Shown: one piece after another, positions 39,636-53,212 of the stretch | How the letters are laid out: each line of letters starts with the position of its first letter | Position numbering within the stretch: the first letter of the stretch is position 1 | NCBI GenBank assembly: GCA_951406725.2 | Contig: OX597816.1 | Location: 36,394,001-36,458,000 of the forward strand | Direction of reading: 5' to 3' | Source: Octopus vulgaris | Taxonomy: Eukaryota | Length of the DNA: 64,000 nucleotides | The notes under the pieces: model-generated | The model's input: the letters and a program-made list of their open reading frames with translations, nothing else | What the model was told of the DNA's origin: nothing | Databases searched by the model: none | Program-made: the position numbers and the translations under genes

Positions 39636-40115
39636 ACATCTGCTCTGGCCCGAACTACATACAATCTTTTGTCAGTATCATAGTGAGAATACCAGTGAAC
39701 CCATCATCGCCGTATTAGTATTCTGTAAGCAGCAATGCTATTGTTCATAGATTGTGATATAAAATACAAATAAATTATATTCTTTGAACTCTACATTATA
39801 TTTAACAAGATGCCTGAACAAAGACGTCTAAGTTATTAACAAAAGAAAAGAGACTAAATTGTTTCTACAACATAGAACATATGTTATAATAGATTAAAAA
39901 CCGTACCTGTCTCAACTTGTTTCTTAATAGGCAAATGGATTATATTGCAAGAATATTCTGTATGAGTATTTTTACATATACAGACTGAATGTTGCTGAAT
40001 GACATCACTTACGCTATTCATAGATTTACGATGAAAATAGATTTTATTTTGCATTATCTGAGAAAGCATTATTTACGTATCACTTGAAATGACACAACAT
40101 TATAAAAAGGATTTA
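39636..40115. repeat. Paralogous non-coding block, copy 1 (copy 2 at 52331-52792)
   Basis: Colinear matches including 25 identical bp attgtttctacaacatagaacatat and gactgaatgttg..gaatgacatcact. Confidence 0.85.
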
Positions 40116-40181
40116 ATTTTTATAAACGGCCATATGCCTGTTCCTCTGCGCACAAACATATATATATATATATATATATAT

Positions 40182-40323
40182 GGAACAAATATAGTATTAT
40201 TGGACGCTCAGGAACGAAGGAAAGAAGGAGGGTTTAACGTTTCGAGCGGAGCTCTTCGTCGGAAACATAGAAGGAAAGATCCAGAGAAGGGAAGACAGAG
40301 GAAAAAAATCGACAACGGTACAC
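40182..40323 (-). mobile_element. Hammerhead-bearing short element, partial copy between (TA)n-rich tracts
   Basis: Reverse complement of 24350-24496. Confidence 0.8.
40232..40266 (-). ncRNA. Minimal type-I hammerhead motif (U4->C variant)
   Basis: GUUU CCGACGA A GAGC-ucc-GCUC GAAA CG UU AAAC. Confidence 0.65.
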
Positions 40324-40344
40324 ATATACATATATATATGTATG

Positions 40345-40392
<48 letters not shown>

Positions 40393-40395
<3 letters not shown>

Positions 40396-40789
40396 TTATA
40401 TATAAAAGTGAGGTTGTGTGCTGTCTGTCTCCTACGATTTAGATTCCTAACTACTCCCACATTTTGCGGTGCAGTTTAACCAAAACCGGATATCTTATAG
40501 TAGTGATTCATATCGAGCCCTTGTGGGTATTAGTGCGTGTCTACGATGAGTCTACGATTTAAAAAAAAATTACCATCAATTTTTCCCATTTTAATGCATT
40601 TTTGGCATATATAAGGGGAATAACTCTCTAAAAATGTATTATTAAATCTCAGAACGTAAAAAAGCTACAGTAACCCCCCCCCCCTTTGTGGTTAGCCATA
40701 TTGAGATGGCTATTATACCTTACATCTCTAAAAATGCTTATATAGTTATTTCCCTTACAAACCCGAGCAACGCCGGGTGATACTGCTAT
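40393..40789 (+). mobile_element. Non-autonomous Helitron
   Basis: Starts TCtttatatataaaag; ends cccgagcaacgccggg hairpin + tgatactg CTAT (CTRR-like); inserted in (TA)n. Confidence 0.8.
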
Positions 40790-40799
40790 ATATATATTC

Positions 40800-41060
40800 T
40801 TTTCTTTGATTCTTTAACTTGTTCCAGTCATTTGACAGCGGCCATGCTGTAGCACTGCCTTTAGTCCAACAGATTGACCCCGGAACTTTTTCCTCGTAAG
40901 TCTAATACTTATTCTATTTGTCTTTTTTGCTGAACGACTAAGTTACGGGGACGTAAACAAACCAAAATCGGTTTCAAGATTAATTCCTGTGGTCGATTTC
41001 TTCAACTAAAAGGCGATGTTCCAGCATGGACGCAGTCAGATGATTGAAACAAGTAGAAAA
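40800..41060. mobile_element. Two SINE A 3' fragments in inverted orientation
   Basis: acttgttccagtcatttgacagcggccatgctg versus cagcatggacgcagtcagatgattgaaacaagt. Confidence 0.8.
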
Positions 41061-41121
41061 TAAAAAAAAGAATGCATACAAATATGTGTGTGTATGTGTG
41101 TGTGTGTGTGTGTGCATGTAT

Positions 41122-41122
41122 A

Positions 41123-41185
<63 letters not shown>

Positions 41186-41275
41186 TGGTAGTGGTAGTGG
41201 TAGTGGTAGTTGTTGTTGTTGTTGTTGTTGTTGCAGTAATAAGCAGCAGCAGCAGTAGAAGTAGTAGTAGAAGTC

Positions 41276-41322
<47 letters not shown>
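41122..41322. repeat. Compound (TAG)n/(GTT)n/(AGC)n array
   Basis: Read directly. Confidence 0.97.
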
Positions 41323-41589
41323 TTCAGGTTTAGGATGCACGAGCATAATTAGTAGATTAGTAGATACATGAATCTACAAGACAATCAGTACTAGATAAAC
41401 AATAAAAAAACGCCCAGTTTATGATAGTACGTATCTTTTGTCCAGCTTGCTCTACCAGGTCTTTTAGCGTTTCCTGTGAAGAGGCAATTGTTGCTTCGAT
41501 GTTCCTTTGTCTTGTGCAATGTAGAGTAATAAGAGTGAAGAAGTTCTCAATTACGCCCATATATCATTAGGTTGTGTATAAGTAGACAT

Positions 41590-42070
41590 GTGGAGGTGCG
41601 TCTCCTACTGGTTAGGGTGTCAGCACCATGTTCGTAAGGTTGTGGTTTCGATTCCTGGACCGGGCAACACGTTGTGTTCTTGAGCAAAACACTTCATTTC
41701 ACGGTGCTCCAGTCTACTCAGCTCTCAAAGATGAATAACGCTGCGATGGACTGGCATCCCGTCCAGCTGGAGAACACATACGCCATAGCAACCGGGCCCA
41801 TGAGACTGGCTAGGCTTTAAAAGGGCGCATTTATGTGGAGGCGCGTAGCTTAGTGGTTAGGGTGTCAGCACCATGGTCGTAAGGTTGTGGTTTCGATTCC
41901 TGGACCGGGCGACGCGTTGTGTTCTTGAGCAAAACACTTCATTTCACGTTGCTCCAGTCCATTCAGCTGACAAAAATGAATGACGCTGCGATTGACTGGG
42001 GAACACATACGCCATAGAAACCGGGAAACCGGCCCCATGAGCCTGGCTAGGCTTTAAAAAAGGGCGCATT
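41590..42070 (+). mobile_element. Head-to-tail dimer of SINE family D (41590-41833, 41834-42070)
   Basis: Each unit: tgtggaggYgcgt..tggttagggtgtcag..ggtttcgattcctgg (A/B boxes), gtgttcttgagcaaaacactt, tail aagggcgcatt. Confidence 0.9.
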
Positions 42071-45000
42071 CATTTTTTTTTTATTTTATAAGTAGACATA
42101 GAAAACTCTGAGTTTACGGAGGTTTTCATTGTCCCTTGAATATTACACACCTAGTATTGCTTAGTATTCCCTCTGTAGAACTGCCGATAAAATGGAAATA
42201 ATAGATGTAGATCCATAACTTTGGCTATCACAAGTTTTCTGTCCTTAAATTTCGAAACACTGAGGAGTGTGTATAGTATCATTTATTTCATTCGTTAGTC
42301 CTTTGTACATTTATTCAGATACATAATTATCATGCGTTCTACATGATACCGATGGAGTTATTTAATAAGGACCATTTTTTTGGAAAAGATTAAGTATTAT
42401 ATATATATATATGTAACGTGCAGGGATGCCTTACTAACATTATAAGCCCACGGAAAAATAATGAGCAGGGCCCTTGAATATGTACTCATTGACACCTAGC
42501 CACAATATATATATTGATCAGAAATGGGCTCCTAGGTACTTGTGATCCCTACGGACGTGGCAATGCTGATATATGTTTGCCTGTTTCTGTATATTTCTTA
42601 CTAATGTACAATATTTTAACTTAGCCCAATGTAAACAATCATGTTTGGTAGACTAGTAATAGACCATAAAGTATACATATTTATCAGACATCAATAGAAT
42701 ACCTCTAGATTTGACCACCATTTCCCACATTACAATTCACATCAACTTCCAAAGCTCCACAATGGTATTCTAATTTTGCACATATATTTACACTTCCCTA
42801 GTCATTGCTTACTAACATATTTATGAAATTCAACACTTCTGCATAACTGAGAGATATCTCAATGTAAATTACAAACATATCTTTTACCTATTCTATTGTA
42901 TATAAATGTAAGGTATGAACTGAGAATTCCAATTATGCTTACATCGGATCGTGGAGCACCACACTCATGGTCAGAATTGGTAATCACTATTCTAGGTTTA
43001 AATGTCAAGCAAGACATTTGTCTCAGTTCATTCATAACCTAAAACAAAACTCAATTCTATGCAATTTAAAATGGTACATAGTTGCCCATGACAAACCATA
43101 AAACGTCTATAATAACAAATACGATCTCTGCATCCAGGAAGCCTTTTCTGTTATCCAACCCAACGATTATCTTACCGAATGGAACCACCTAATTTTTAAT
43201 TGTAAGCACAGATTATGTAATACATTCTCCATGTATAGATGCGCCCCCTATTATTATTCCCTAACTATTCCTTTACCCCTACTTGCAGGTCTTTATAAAC
43301 AGATAATTTTTTAACTACCTTTATATTTTCTTAACCTGCGATCACCCTGCGTATGGGTGCGTATGTGCGCGTGCACACTTATAGAATACTACCGGCGCAG
43401 AGGAAATATGCGTTCGCGACGAATATGCGTATATGTAGTTTGACTGATATGCGATAAACCACCAAGTATTCCTCATTTTCCTCTCTATCTTCCTCTCTTC
43501 TCCTAAAACATTCCACCTTACTCCCACTCCTATATTTTCTCTTCGTTTTTCCCCTCCGGACAATTTTACCTCTAAAATTCTTCCCTTTTGTTTTCTTTGA
43601 TTCTGTTTAAATGTATAGACAGGAGTGTAACAAAATATTTATTTATTTACTACCGTTGACCTCAGTCTTATATTCACGACGACTTTTCTCTAGTCAGCTT
43701 CAATCTAACCCAAACTTCCCTACCCCCTCTTCTTTTCTTTATTCTTATTCTTTGCAACTTTAGATAATTCCCCACTTCCGTATTTTATTTCTTCCGCCAC
43801 ATGGTTTTGTTTTGGTTTCTCTCTCAATTCTTAACCACCCACGTTTGCTCACTCTCATGCGTGTTAGCTTCGTTTCCCTTGACGACAAATTAAACTTCAT
43901 TTAACTAAAGTGACTTCGGCCTGGTGCGTAGCTGGGGGAGTGTCGCCCGTTGAGTAATTATTACTTCTGTGAATCTGCTTGCTAAGAAACATAAATAGTT
44001 TAGAGTTTACCTATTCCATTCCTTCAATGTATATATATATATGTATATATGTGTGTATGCTTGTGTATGTATGTGTGTGTGGATGTATGTGTGTATGCAT
44101 GTGTGTATTTATGCATTTGTTAATAGTTGGACAAAATATATGTTTGTAATTTACATTGAAATATCTGCCAGTTATTCAAAAGTGTTGAATTTCATAACTA
44201 TATTAGTAAGCAATGACTGGGGAAGTGTGAATATGTGTGCAAAATTAAAATGCCATTATGGAGCTTTTAAAATTCATGTGAATTATAATGTACGAAATCG
44301 CTTGCAAATCTGGACGTAATCTATTGCTGTGTAGCGAGTGCGTGTTCTCTACGGCCAATTACAATTCTACAGAACTTAAGGGTTTACCTTGGGCTTAGTT
44401 AACATATTGTACAAGAGTAAGAAATCTACAGACACACGCATATATCAGTATTGCCACAATGAGATATGGGTACACTAAGCGGTTGTCTGTGATCTCCTAT
44501 GTGCTTAGGTGTTGAATGTACACAGGAGCCCGATTTTGATTCGTGTATACTGTGGCTAGTTATCAATGAGTAAATATTCAAGTGCTCAGCGCATTCATTT
44601 TTACGCGGTCTTATAATGTCATTAAGTCATCTCTTTACATCACACACGCACACACACACACACGCTCGCGTTGACGTAGTAGATCTGGCTGCCCACAAAT
44701 CATTCCATTACCATTTACCAGTAGCCAATAAAAATTTGCTTAATATTTCATTCTGGAGGTGCTTATATACCAAATTGATATTTGCAAATTATTCTTGTGT
44801 GCTCCTATTATTCCGACCTAACAAGGCGCACCGATTTAAGTACCTTATTCTACTGAATTTTACCCACACACTCATATAATACTTAATATTTTCTAAAATA
44901 CAGGGTCGTTATTAAACAACTTCATCGGAGTCATGTAGAATATATGATAATTATGCATATAAATAAATGACCAATGAATAATAGATAAAGTAATTGATGC

Positions 45001-45388
45001 TTGAAATGGCATTCATACACTCCTCCGTTTCTCCAGATTTTAAGGATAGCAAACCGTGAAGGCGAAAGGCGTATATATTTTAGTTGCTTTTTATAGGCTA
45101 CTGAGTAAATACTAAGCTGTGTTGGCGATATAATTTTCATGAGACAACGGAAGCGTACTTAAATTGACACTTTTCTGTGTCAAGCTGAATGTTGTAGGCG
45201 TGCAACTCAAAAACTTCTATAGTTATGGTAACGCTAAAGAGGTAGAATCATTTTTTATTTTGTTGGCGAAATATGTTTTACCACTACTGCTACTCTGTAT
45301 AATACGTGTATATATACATATATTTATCCACACACTGGCACACACATTTATATCCATGCATAGACACATATGTTACATATATTATAAA

Positions 45389-45427
<39 letters not shown>

Positions 45428-45534
45428 TATTACATCATGAAAGTAGATGGCATTGAGTTAAAATCCTGAACCGTGCTGTGTGTTGTTTTCTTGAGCGAGA
45501 GACTTCATTTCACGTTGCTCCAGTTCACTCATCA

Positions 45535-46310
45535 AAATAAATATCCCCTATAATATGGCAAAAAGTTGTCGCAGTAGTGTCTGATAGTATCTTCAAGACC
45601 TCAGAAAAACACTAACTGAACGACAATATCCACCCTCACTTATAGACAATGGAATTAAGCGTGCCAAGAAATTAGACATAAAAACACTAAGGACAACAAA
45701 ACATAACTCCCCACCTTATCTCAAAACACTACTTTGTATATCAACTCACAACCGTAGAAACAGTGAGGCATACAACACTATTGTGCAAAATCTTCCTTTA
45801 CTAACTAGGGAACCAAAAATGAACAACATCCTGAATGCACATAAATTCATCAAATGCGAAAAGCAACACAAATCGCCAAAGAGACTTTTAACAACTGCGA
45901 AGCTTTATAAAACAACCACGAAATCAACGTTTAAAAAATGTGGACACCCAAACTGAGGAACTCACTCCAACCTACTTGAAGGCTGGGATTTCCCTATCAA
46001 ACAGGGAGAGAGGTTCACAATTAAAACCAGCTTCACTTGTACCTCTGAGAATTTGTGTAAAATAACCTGCTTGGTTTGCGGACATCAATATAGAGGACAG
46101 AGTAGAATGACATTGAGACGGAGAACCATTCTACATAAAGAGTCGATCCGGTTCCCGCAATAAAGACAGATTCCTTTAACTGAGCACACAGAGCGACGTG
46201 CAAGTAACATCACACCAAATTTCACAGTTTTCCCCTTCTATCAGTGCAAAAATATAACATCTTTCCACGAATGTTTAAATAGAGAAACTTTATTGACCGA
46301 AAAATAAAAA
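45535..46310 (+). mobile_element. Penelope-like element thumb, Cys motif and GIY-YIG endonuclease, decayed
   Basis: LTERQYPPSLIDNGIKRA, STHN, KKCGHPN*G, FTCTSENL, ITCLVCGHQYRGQS..LRRRTILHK, FTVFPFY. Confidence 0.88.
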
Positions 46311-46849
46311 AAAACACGTGTAAATATGTACACATAACAAGCTTTGATCTCTTTATATATTTTAATTCACGATTAAATCCTGTGGTTAATGCGTTCGACC
46401 ATCGGCAGTGATCCAGTTTGGCTGCAGTCATATAACTGAAACAAGTAACGACTTGCAAATTCAAACAAATCTCATCAAAGGGATTTAATTATCGCTCCAC
46501 ATATCGTCTAGAAAACAAAACAAAAATGGGGCATTTTTCAAACAATGTCTTTTATGATATTCAATCTTCCGAACATTGCTTGCAATCACTTTTAGCTTTC
46601 AATATCAGAAATGCAGGTATCATGTTGTTGTTTCGTTTTGAAACTACAAGTAACGAAGCTAAAATGCAAACTTCTATAAAGCCAAAAATAAAGATGTTCC
46701 TTTGAAGTTAATATTTACCATGATGAAAGACTTGAAAAATGCCGTCTAACTAAATGCTTGCAAATGGCGACTAAATTGTACCTGCAACATAACGTGAAAA
46801 TATTTTGTTGCATGAATTTCTGCACTTGTATACAATTGTTTGGCAATAG

Positions 46850-47075
46850 ATAAATTGTCTGACAGCCATGACTGGGTTCTCCTTGTGTAGCATGATGCAG
46901 ATTCCTGTTGAAAACCACAGTTTTCCGGCAGCCACCCGCTTAACCCAAGGCAGCACTACCTCTTCCACGTAGTTTATGTAGACCTCCGTGTTGAGTGTGA
47001 GGCCGTGGGAAGATGAATGGAGACATAACGTTGCCATCACTACTGATCAATCCAAATACCATGATGCTGAATGGA
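46850..47075 (-). mobile_element. Tc1/mariner (maT-like) catalytic-domain fragment
   Basis: MVFGLISSDGNVMSPFIF, GLTLNTEVYINYVEEVVLPWVKRVAAG, QSWLSDNL. Confidence 0.85.
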
Positions 47076-47103
47076 TGTATATACATATACGTACTTATAT
47101 TTA

Positions 47104-47165
<62 letters not shown>

Positions 47166-48685
47166 TATATACATATATGTGTGTGTATGTATTGACATAT
47201 GTATGTATGTATGGATGGATGTATGGATGGATGTGGAAATATGAATATTAGAAATTTTTTCTCCGCAACAACGTGCCATGTTTCACTTCATATGTATGCA
47301 TGTGTAGTGAAGGTTTTTCTGGATTCTGGAGGGGAGGTTTTTAATTAGTTGCCTCATATATATGAAGTTGGGCGTAAATCAAGTCTGAGGTTTTATTCTT
47401 GAGAGTCCTTTAAAGGAAATATAGTCAAGAGTGTTACTGCAGTATCAGTAGAGATTCTTTGTCAATAATCAAAACGTAATATAGTTAGGAATGGGAGAGG
47501 AATTCAGGCCGTGTGATGAACAATGCTATCTTTTAACATGCATAAATGGCTCTACAATGTGTTTAACTGTCCCTCCAAATTCCTGAAATGCTTCCGCGAG
47601 GTTAACTCATTACTGAAGTTCTGTTTTCAAGAATATACTATGAAATATAGAATGATATGGCTACAAGACTATTTGCTTCTATCAAATGCATATACATGAA
47701 TATAAACCCATGATTATATGCATTTCATTGCCCGCTGAAAATTGTATATTCATAGCAAAATCTAGAGTACGGCACAAGTGAAATCGATGAATTTTAAGCC
47801 TTGACCTCATTATTGTTTACTATTTCCTAAATTTTCGACACGAGCGCGTAAGTGAAATTTGCATGAAAATATCAGATTCGAACTATGCTATTATAAACAT
47901 AATTATAAGCTTTATATGTGCTGTGTTGTAGTTTAACAACATTATGCATCTATGTTTGCAGATGTGTTACTAATACAAATATATTAAATAAGCAAATTTC
48001 ATACCGCTATCTTTTGAGGAAATGTACGATGACATTCTGAACACATATTTGACACGCACCAATAGAATATTTCCAGTTTCTACCTCCATTTTCTCCGCTT
48101 TCAATAGTATCAGCTTTCACTCCATTTTAATACCAATTTTTATTCCTACATATAATCACATTTCTCCATTTACTACTTTCCAATGTATTTATGAAATTAA
48201 GGACCCCTGCATATCTATTTATATCTCAATGTATATATCTCATTCGCTGCTCTTATCCCACTCTCTTCTTATTTGATCGTATTTCTTTGATACGAAATGT
48301 TACATAACTACCATAATGCATTTTCATTAAATCTAATTGGCTGAAAATGACAATTGTCATTGAAATAAAGCCTTAAATGTGAGAAGGACATGGAATTACT
48401 ATAAAATCAAACAAATTATAAATCTATGGCAATGATAGCTGTACTTAATGAAATTAAATATATAGGAAATGTGTTATGCATTACATTAAAGCAATCAAGT
48501 AACAAGATGTTCTGAAATTCCATGCAATTTGCCTCGCGTATAGAAACTTACGTAAAAGAAATATCCTCAGATATTAGTAACATATTCCTGCTGGAATGCT
48601 TCAGATAAATAGCACAATAATCATCAATAATGTCAATTTCTGTAAACATATATTTCAGTCCTGTTAGGTAGCGAAAGATGTATAT

Positions 48686-48739
<54 letters not shown>

Positions 48740-49112
48740 CTTGACGTTACGACGTTGCGTATACGAATACGTCTACGTAAACAATGCTATCGGAGAGAGA
48801 AAATAGGCAATGGGTTTATATATTTCAGAACCCATTAACCACCCACCAACACGTTGTTTAACACCCACCAAATGCAGCGGTGTAATACAATTGGACATAA
48901 ATAGCTTTTAATACACTCTGTAGTATACGATGGTTTCATAACAAAATACGGTGTCCCTAAAAGTGATTGACATATAAGCAAGTACCAGTTGCCAGGGATA
49001 TGTTTAATATGTAAAATTGGGTTATACCGCTATATTTAATGGTTCTTTAAGCAATACGTCTCCGGATGGCTAATAGGAGGGATATGACGATGACGATGGA
49101 GCAAAATCTTCT

Positions 49113-49518
49113 GAGTGGCTGTGTGGTAAGTAGCTGGCTAACCAACCACATGCTTCCGGGTTCAGTCCCACTGCGTGGCATCTTGGGCAAGTGTCTTCTG
49201 CTATAGCCTCGGGCCGACCAAAGCCTTGTGAGTGGATTTGGTAGACGGAAACTGAAAGAAGCCCGTCGTATATATGTATATATATATATGTGCATGTGTG
49301 TATATGTTTGTGTGTCTGTGTTTGTCCCTCTAGCATTGCTTGACAACCAATGCTTGTGTGTTTACGTCCCCGTAACCTTGCGGTTCGGCAAAAGAGACCG
49401 ATAGAATAAGTACTGGGCTTACAAAGAATAAGTCCCGGGGTCGATTTGCTCGATTAAAGGCGGTGCTCCAGCATGGCCGCAGTCAAATGACTGAAACAAG
49501 TAAACGAGTAAACGAGTA
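49113..49518 (+). mobile_element. SINE family A, young near-full copy
   Basis: Very similar to 34901-35309. Confidence 0.95.
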
Positions 49519-49637
49519 TATAAATACTACCATTGACTCCTGTTTGCAGGAAACGTAGTCGTAAATTCCGGTGCAAGATCTAGTTTCAATACGTAGGCCA
49601 AAAGAAAAAAAATTATGAATCCACACGACTTCGATTA

Positions 49638-49695
49638 GCCACATACGCATTTCGAGATAAAAGTATATTAACTTATTTCTCATCATCAGTGTAAC
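49638..49695 (-). ncRNA. Minimal type-I hammerhead ribozyme, intact core
   Basis: GUUACA CUGAUGA U GAGAAAUAAGU-uaauau-ACUUUUAUCUC GAAA UGCG UA UGUGGC. Confidence 0.8.
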
Positions 49696-50635
49696 ATTCC
49701 GAATATAAATTTTAAAAGTGCTAGGGTTAAATATGTACACGATCGACCATCATCGCGCAACAGATATCCAACCAAGACTCCCCAAATTTATACAGTCGAA
49801 TGTGAATATATATATTTATCCCTTGTACCCACGTGTATGTTACGAGCAATACCGCAGAACCTGCAGTATTTCAATCAGGGAGTAAATTATAATTTGAATA
49901 TTAATAATAAAGGGTAAAATTATATTAATTATATTAATTAATTAATAACCTTTATAGGTAAAACACACACACAACACCAAGAAAATTACACACACGGTTG
50001 ACAAACGTGCACACATATACACACACCATCCTACCAGATTTTACAAACACACAGACACATCTATTCACACAACATATGTATATACACACACACAAAGACA
50101 CGCACACTCAAACCATTCTGACCTCTAAAGCCAATCCCCCAAATCATCAATGCTTGACGGAGAGACAAAAAGGAGAAATTCTTTTGAGTTCCACATTACT
50201 CCTCCTTCCCCCCACCCAAACACACCTACAGTGTCCCTTGAAATAGATAATATTCTTTTACATTATCATGGTGGACAGGTCAGTTATAGCTTCCCTGCTA
50301 TTATAATGCAAACATCTTTGAACTCATAATATTCTGCGCGTGTATACCAATATTCCACTGAAATTTTAATAATTCATTCTGGAAACTATCCTTAACATGT
50401 TCTTGAGAACGTATATTTATGTTGTAATGTTTTGTGCCCAATATTTTAAGGAACTTGGTAAACTTTTTTATGTCCTTGTTACCAAAGACTATATATATGT
50501 AATGTATGATTTTGTAACAACCAATAATTAACGCAACCAAACTTCTACATGTTACTTTTCACAATCTTTTTCCAAAGAGTGAAACCGGTAAAGTAAATAG
50601 ACATCTTTTAAAATTGCATTTTCAATCCTTCTTTC

Positions 50636-50706
<71 letters not shown>

Positions 50707-51294
50707 TTTGTCTCCGTGAATGTCACTCTCTCTCTCTCTCACGCTATATATATATATATATATATACGAATGTATGTATGTATTATGTAAGCATTGATGC
50801 ATATATGCATACATACGAGAATAAAGGCATATACATATATATATATATATGTATATATATATATCCATATATATGCAAAGGCAGATACATTCATACACAA
50901 AAGATATAGTCTGTCTATAATGCTGTAAAGTAAACACTTCGAATAAATTAAATGTACCAAACTGGATTGTAAGAGTAAATTTTATGAATCATGACTATTG
51001 CATAATGATAAAAAGAAGATAATATCAAAGAAATTTGGAAACAAGAGTACATTGAAGTTTCATGGTGTAAAATTACCGAATCATACGGTCATTATAGTGT
51101 AGGAACTTTAGTAATATGTAAAAATGGCTCATGCATTAAATATTATAGACTGGCATGTAATACGTCAGCGTATAAGCTATATTACAAATTGGAGAATATC
51201 TGTCCTGTAACTAGCGTGAGACCAAATTATTGCTAACCGAGGTAGGGAATTATTAATTTTTATTGATCTAGATTGAAAAATAATTAGTGTAGCT

Positions 51295-51455
51295 TTGGCG
51301 AGCTGACTGATCCTGTCCAAATGCTGAGTAACGTTTCGTCTGTCTTTACATTCTGAGTTTAAATTCTACTGAGTTTGATATTACGTTTCCTACTTTGCGT
51401 TGTCGGTAAAACAAGTACCAGTTGAATGCTGGACTTGTGCAAAAATTTGAAACCG
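51295..51455 (+). mobile_element. SINE family B, diverged
   Basis: ggcgagctg..tttcgtctgtctttacattctgagtttaaattc..aagtaccagttga. Confidence 0.75.
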
Positions 51456-52260
51456 ATAATTATGTGTAAAATTATGTATAGTTATCATATAGGCACTATG
51501 TATATTTAATAATTTGATTGTATCTATGGCAGATGAGTGCCTTTACTGATAATAAAATGCTTCAATATGTTCTAATAGTTTATGCATCAATAAAGGTGAA
51601 CATAAATTATTGTTAAAAAGGTAGGAAATTATTCAATGGTATTGATATAGGTAGTAGAACATCTGGATATTGTTTAATACAATATCCATTAAAAAATTAA
51701 GAGCAAATTATGGTTCGCGAAGGCAGAGAATTACCTAAAGTAGATGAACGATTTGTAACAACATGTCGTTAATAATGCGTATTAATTACTGTAGTAGCCG
51801 AATGGGAAGTCAGGACTTCCTCTATCTCTCCATTCGGCTCCCTGAACATGACGAGCTAGATTTCTTAAAGAAACCTTCGCAAGTTTAAAATTCTAGGCGC
51901 CCAGTGAAACTGTTTGAAATAGTAATATATGTAACTCCTACTATGTATGCTGTGTGCATAGTATATATATATATATATATATACTGTTGTGTCTGGAGAG
52001 AATCATTCTCTTTAGTGCCTTATTATTTAACACACTCACCGGTAAACATTTCCACTTGTTTCTTATTTTTATTTTCTACATATGAACTCATATAAAGAAT
52101 CTTGCAAATCAAATCCAACAACGATATATATATATATATATAATATGTGACAATTATTTGGTAGTCATGTTTATTGTCACATATATTTACAGATAAATTC
52201 CTCTATTTACATAATATCGAGGTATCTTTCATTCATTTGTTGTGTTACCATCTCTATCAG

Positions 52261-52319
<59 letters not shown>

Positions 52320-52330
52320 GGTCCCTTGCC

Positions 52331-52792
52331 ATATCTGCTTTGCAACAAGCTACATAAAATATTTTAATACTACGCCGTTTGAAGTACAATGAAACTGTAA
52401 TTCACTTGTGGCAGAGTTGTAGCTCACGACGCTATTGTTCACTCTTTGTATATAAGAATAAAAAATTTCCAATACGTCTTGTTGTCTTTTATATTATATA
52501 TAACAAGAAGAAAAATCCTGAACAATCATGTCTACCCCAGCGTTTATTGTTTCTACAACATAGAACATATTTTCTAATACATAAAAATCTGTACCAAGTT
52601 CAACTTGTTTCGCAATTGACAAATGGATTATTCTGAATATAGCTAAAATGTTACGTAATAGTATTTACATATAGAGACTGAATGTTGGCGAATGACATCA
52701 CTGTCTTCGTTCATTGATTCATGGTGGAATAATGTCTGAGACAACACTAACTAAATATCAATTGAAATGACATAACCTCATACAAGGATATA
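52331..52792. repeat. Paralogous non-coding block, copy 2
   Basis: See 39636-40115. Confidence 0.85.
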
Positions 52793-52943
52793 AGCAGCAT
52801 ACGTCGATAGGTTTTTGTTGGTATCGCTTTTCCATATGTAGTTATGTCTGTTCGTGCATGTGTGCATATGTCTACAGTTATGTGTACTGTGAGCGTATGT
52901 TTATTTTTTTATATACCGAAGATATTTAAAATTAAGAACAATA

Positions 52944-53017
<74 letters not shown>

Positions 53018-53179
53018 ATCAATGAAATGCAAAATAATTCAAAGTAATAAATTTAATACACTATTTTTAATACAAACTACAAATTTGGCATTATATGTTA
53101 CAAAAGAAGCAGGGGTTATTAATGCTTTATTATTCCTGTCTCTGCTGTTCAGAAAATTCAGAAAATCACATGTTAACTC

Positions 53180-53212
<33 letters not shown>

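Noticed and set aside
41590-41665. tRNA-like sequences with A/B boxes
   Set aside because: They continue into SINE bodies, and I could not fold a full cloverleaf with acceptor stem.
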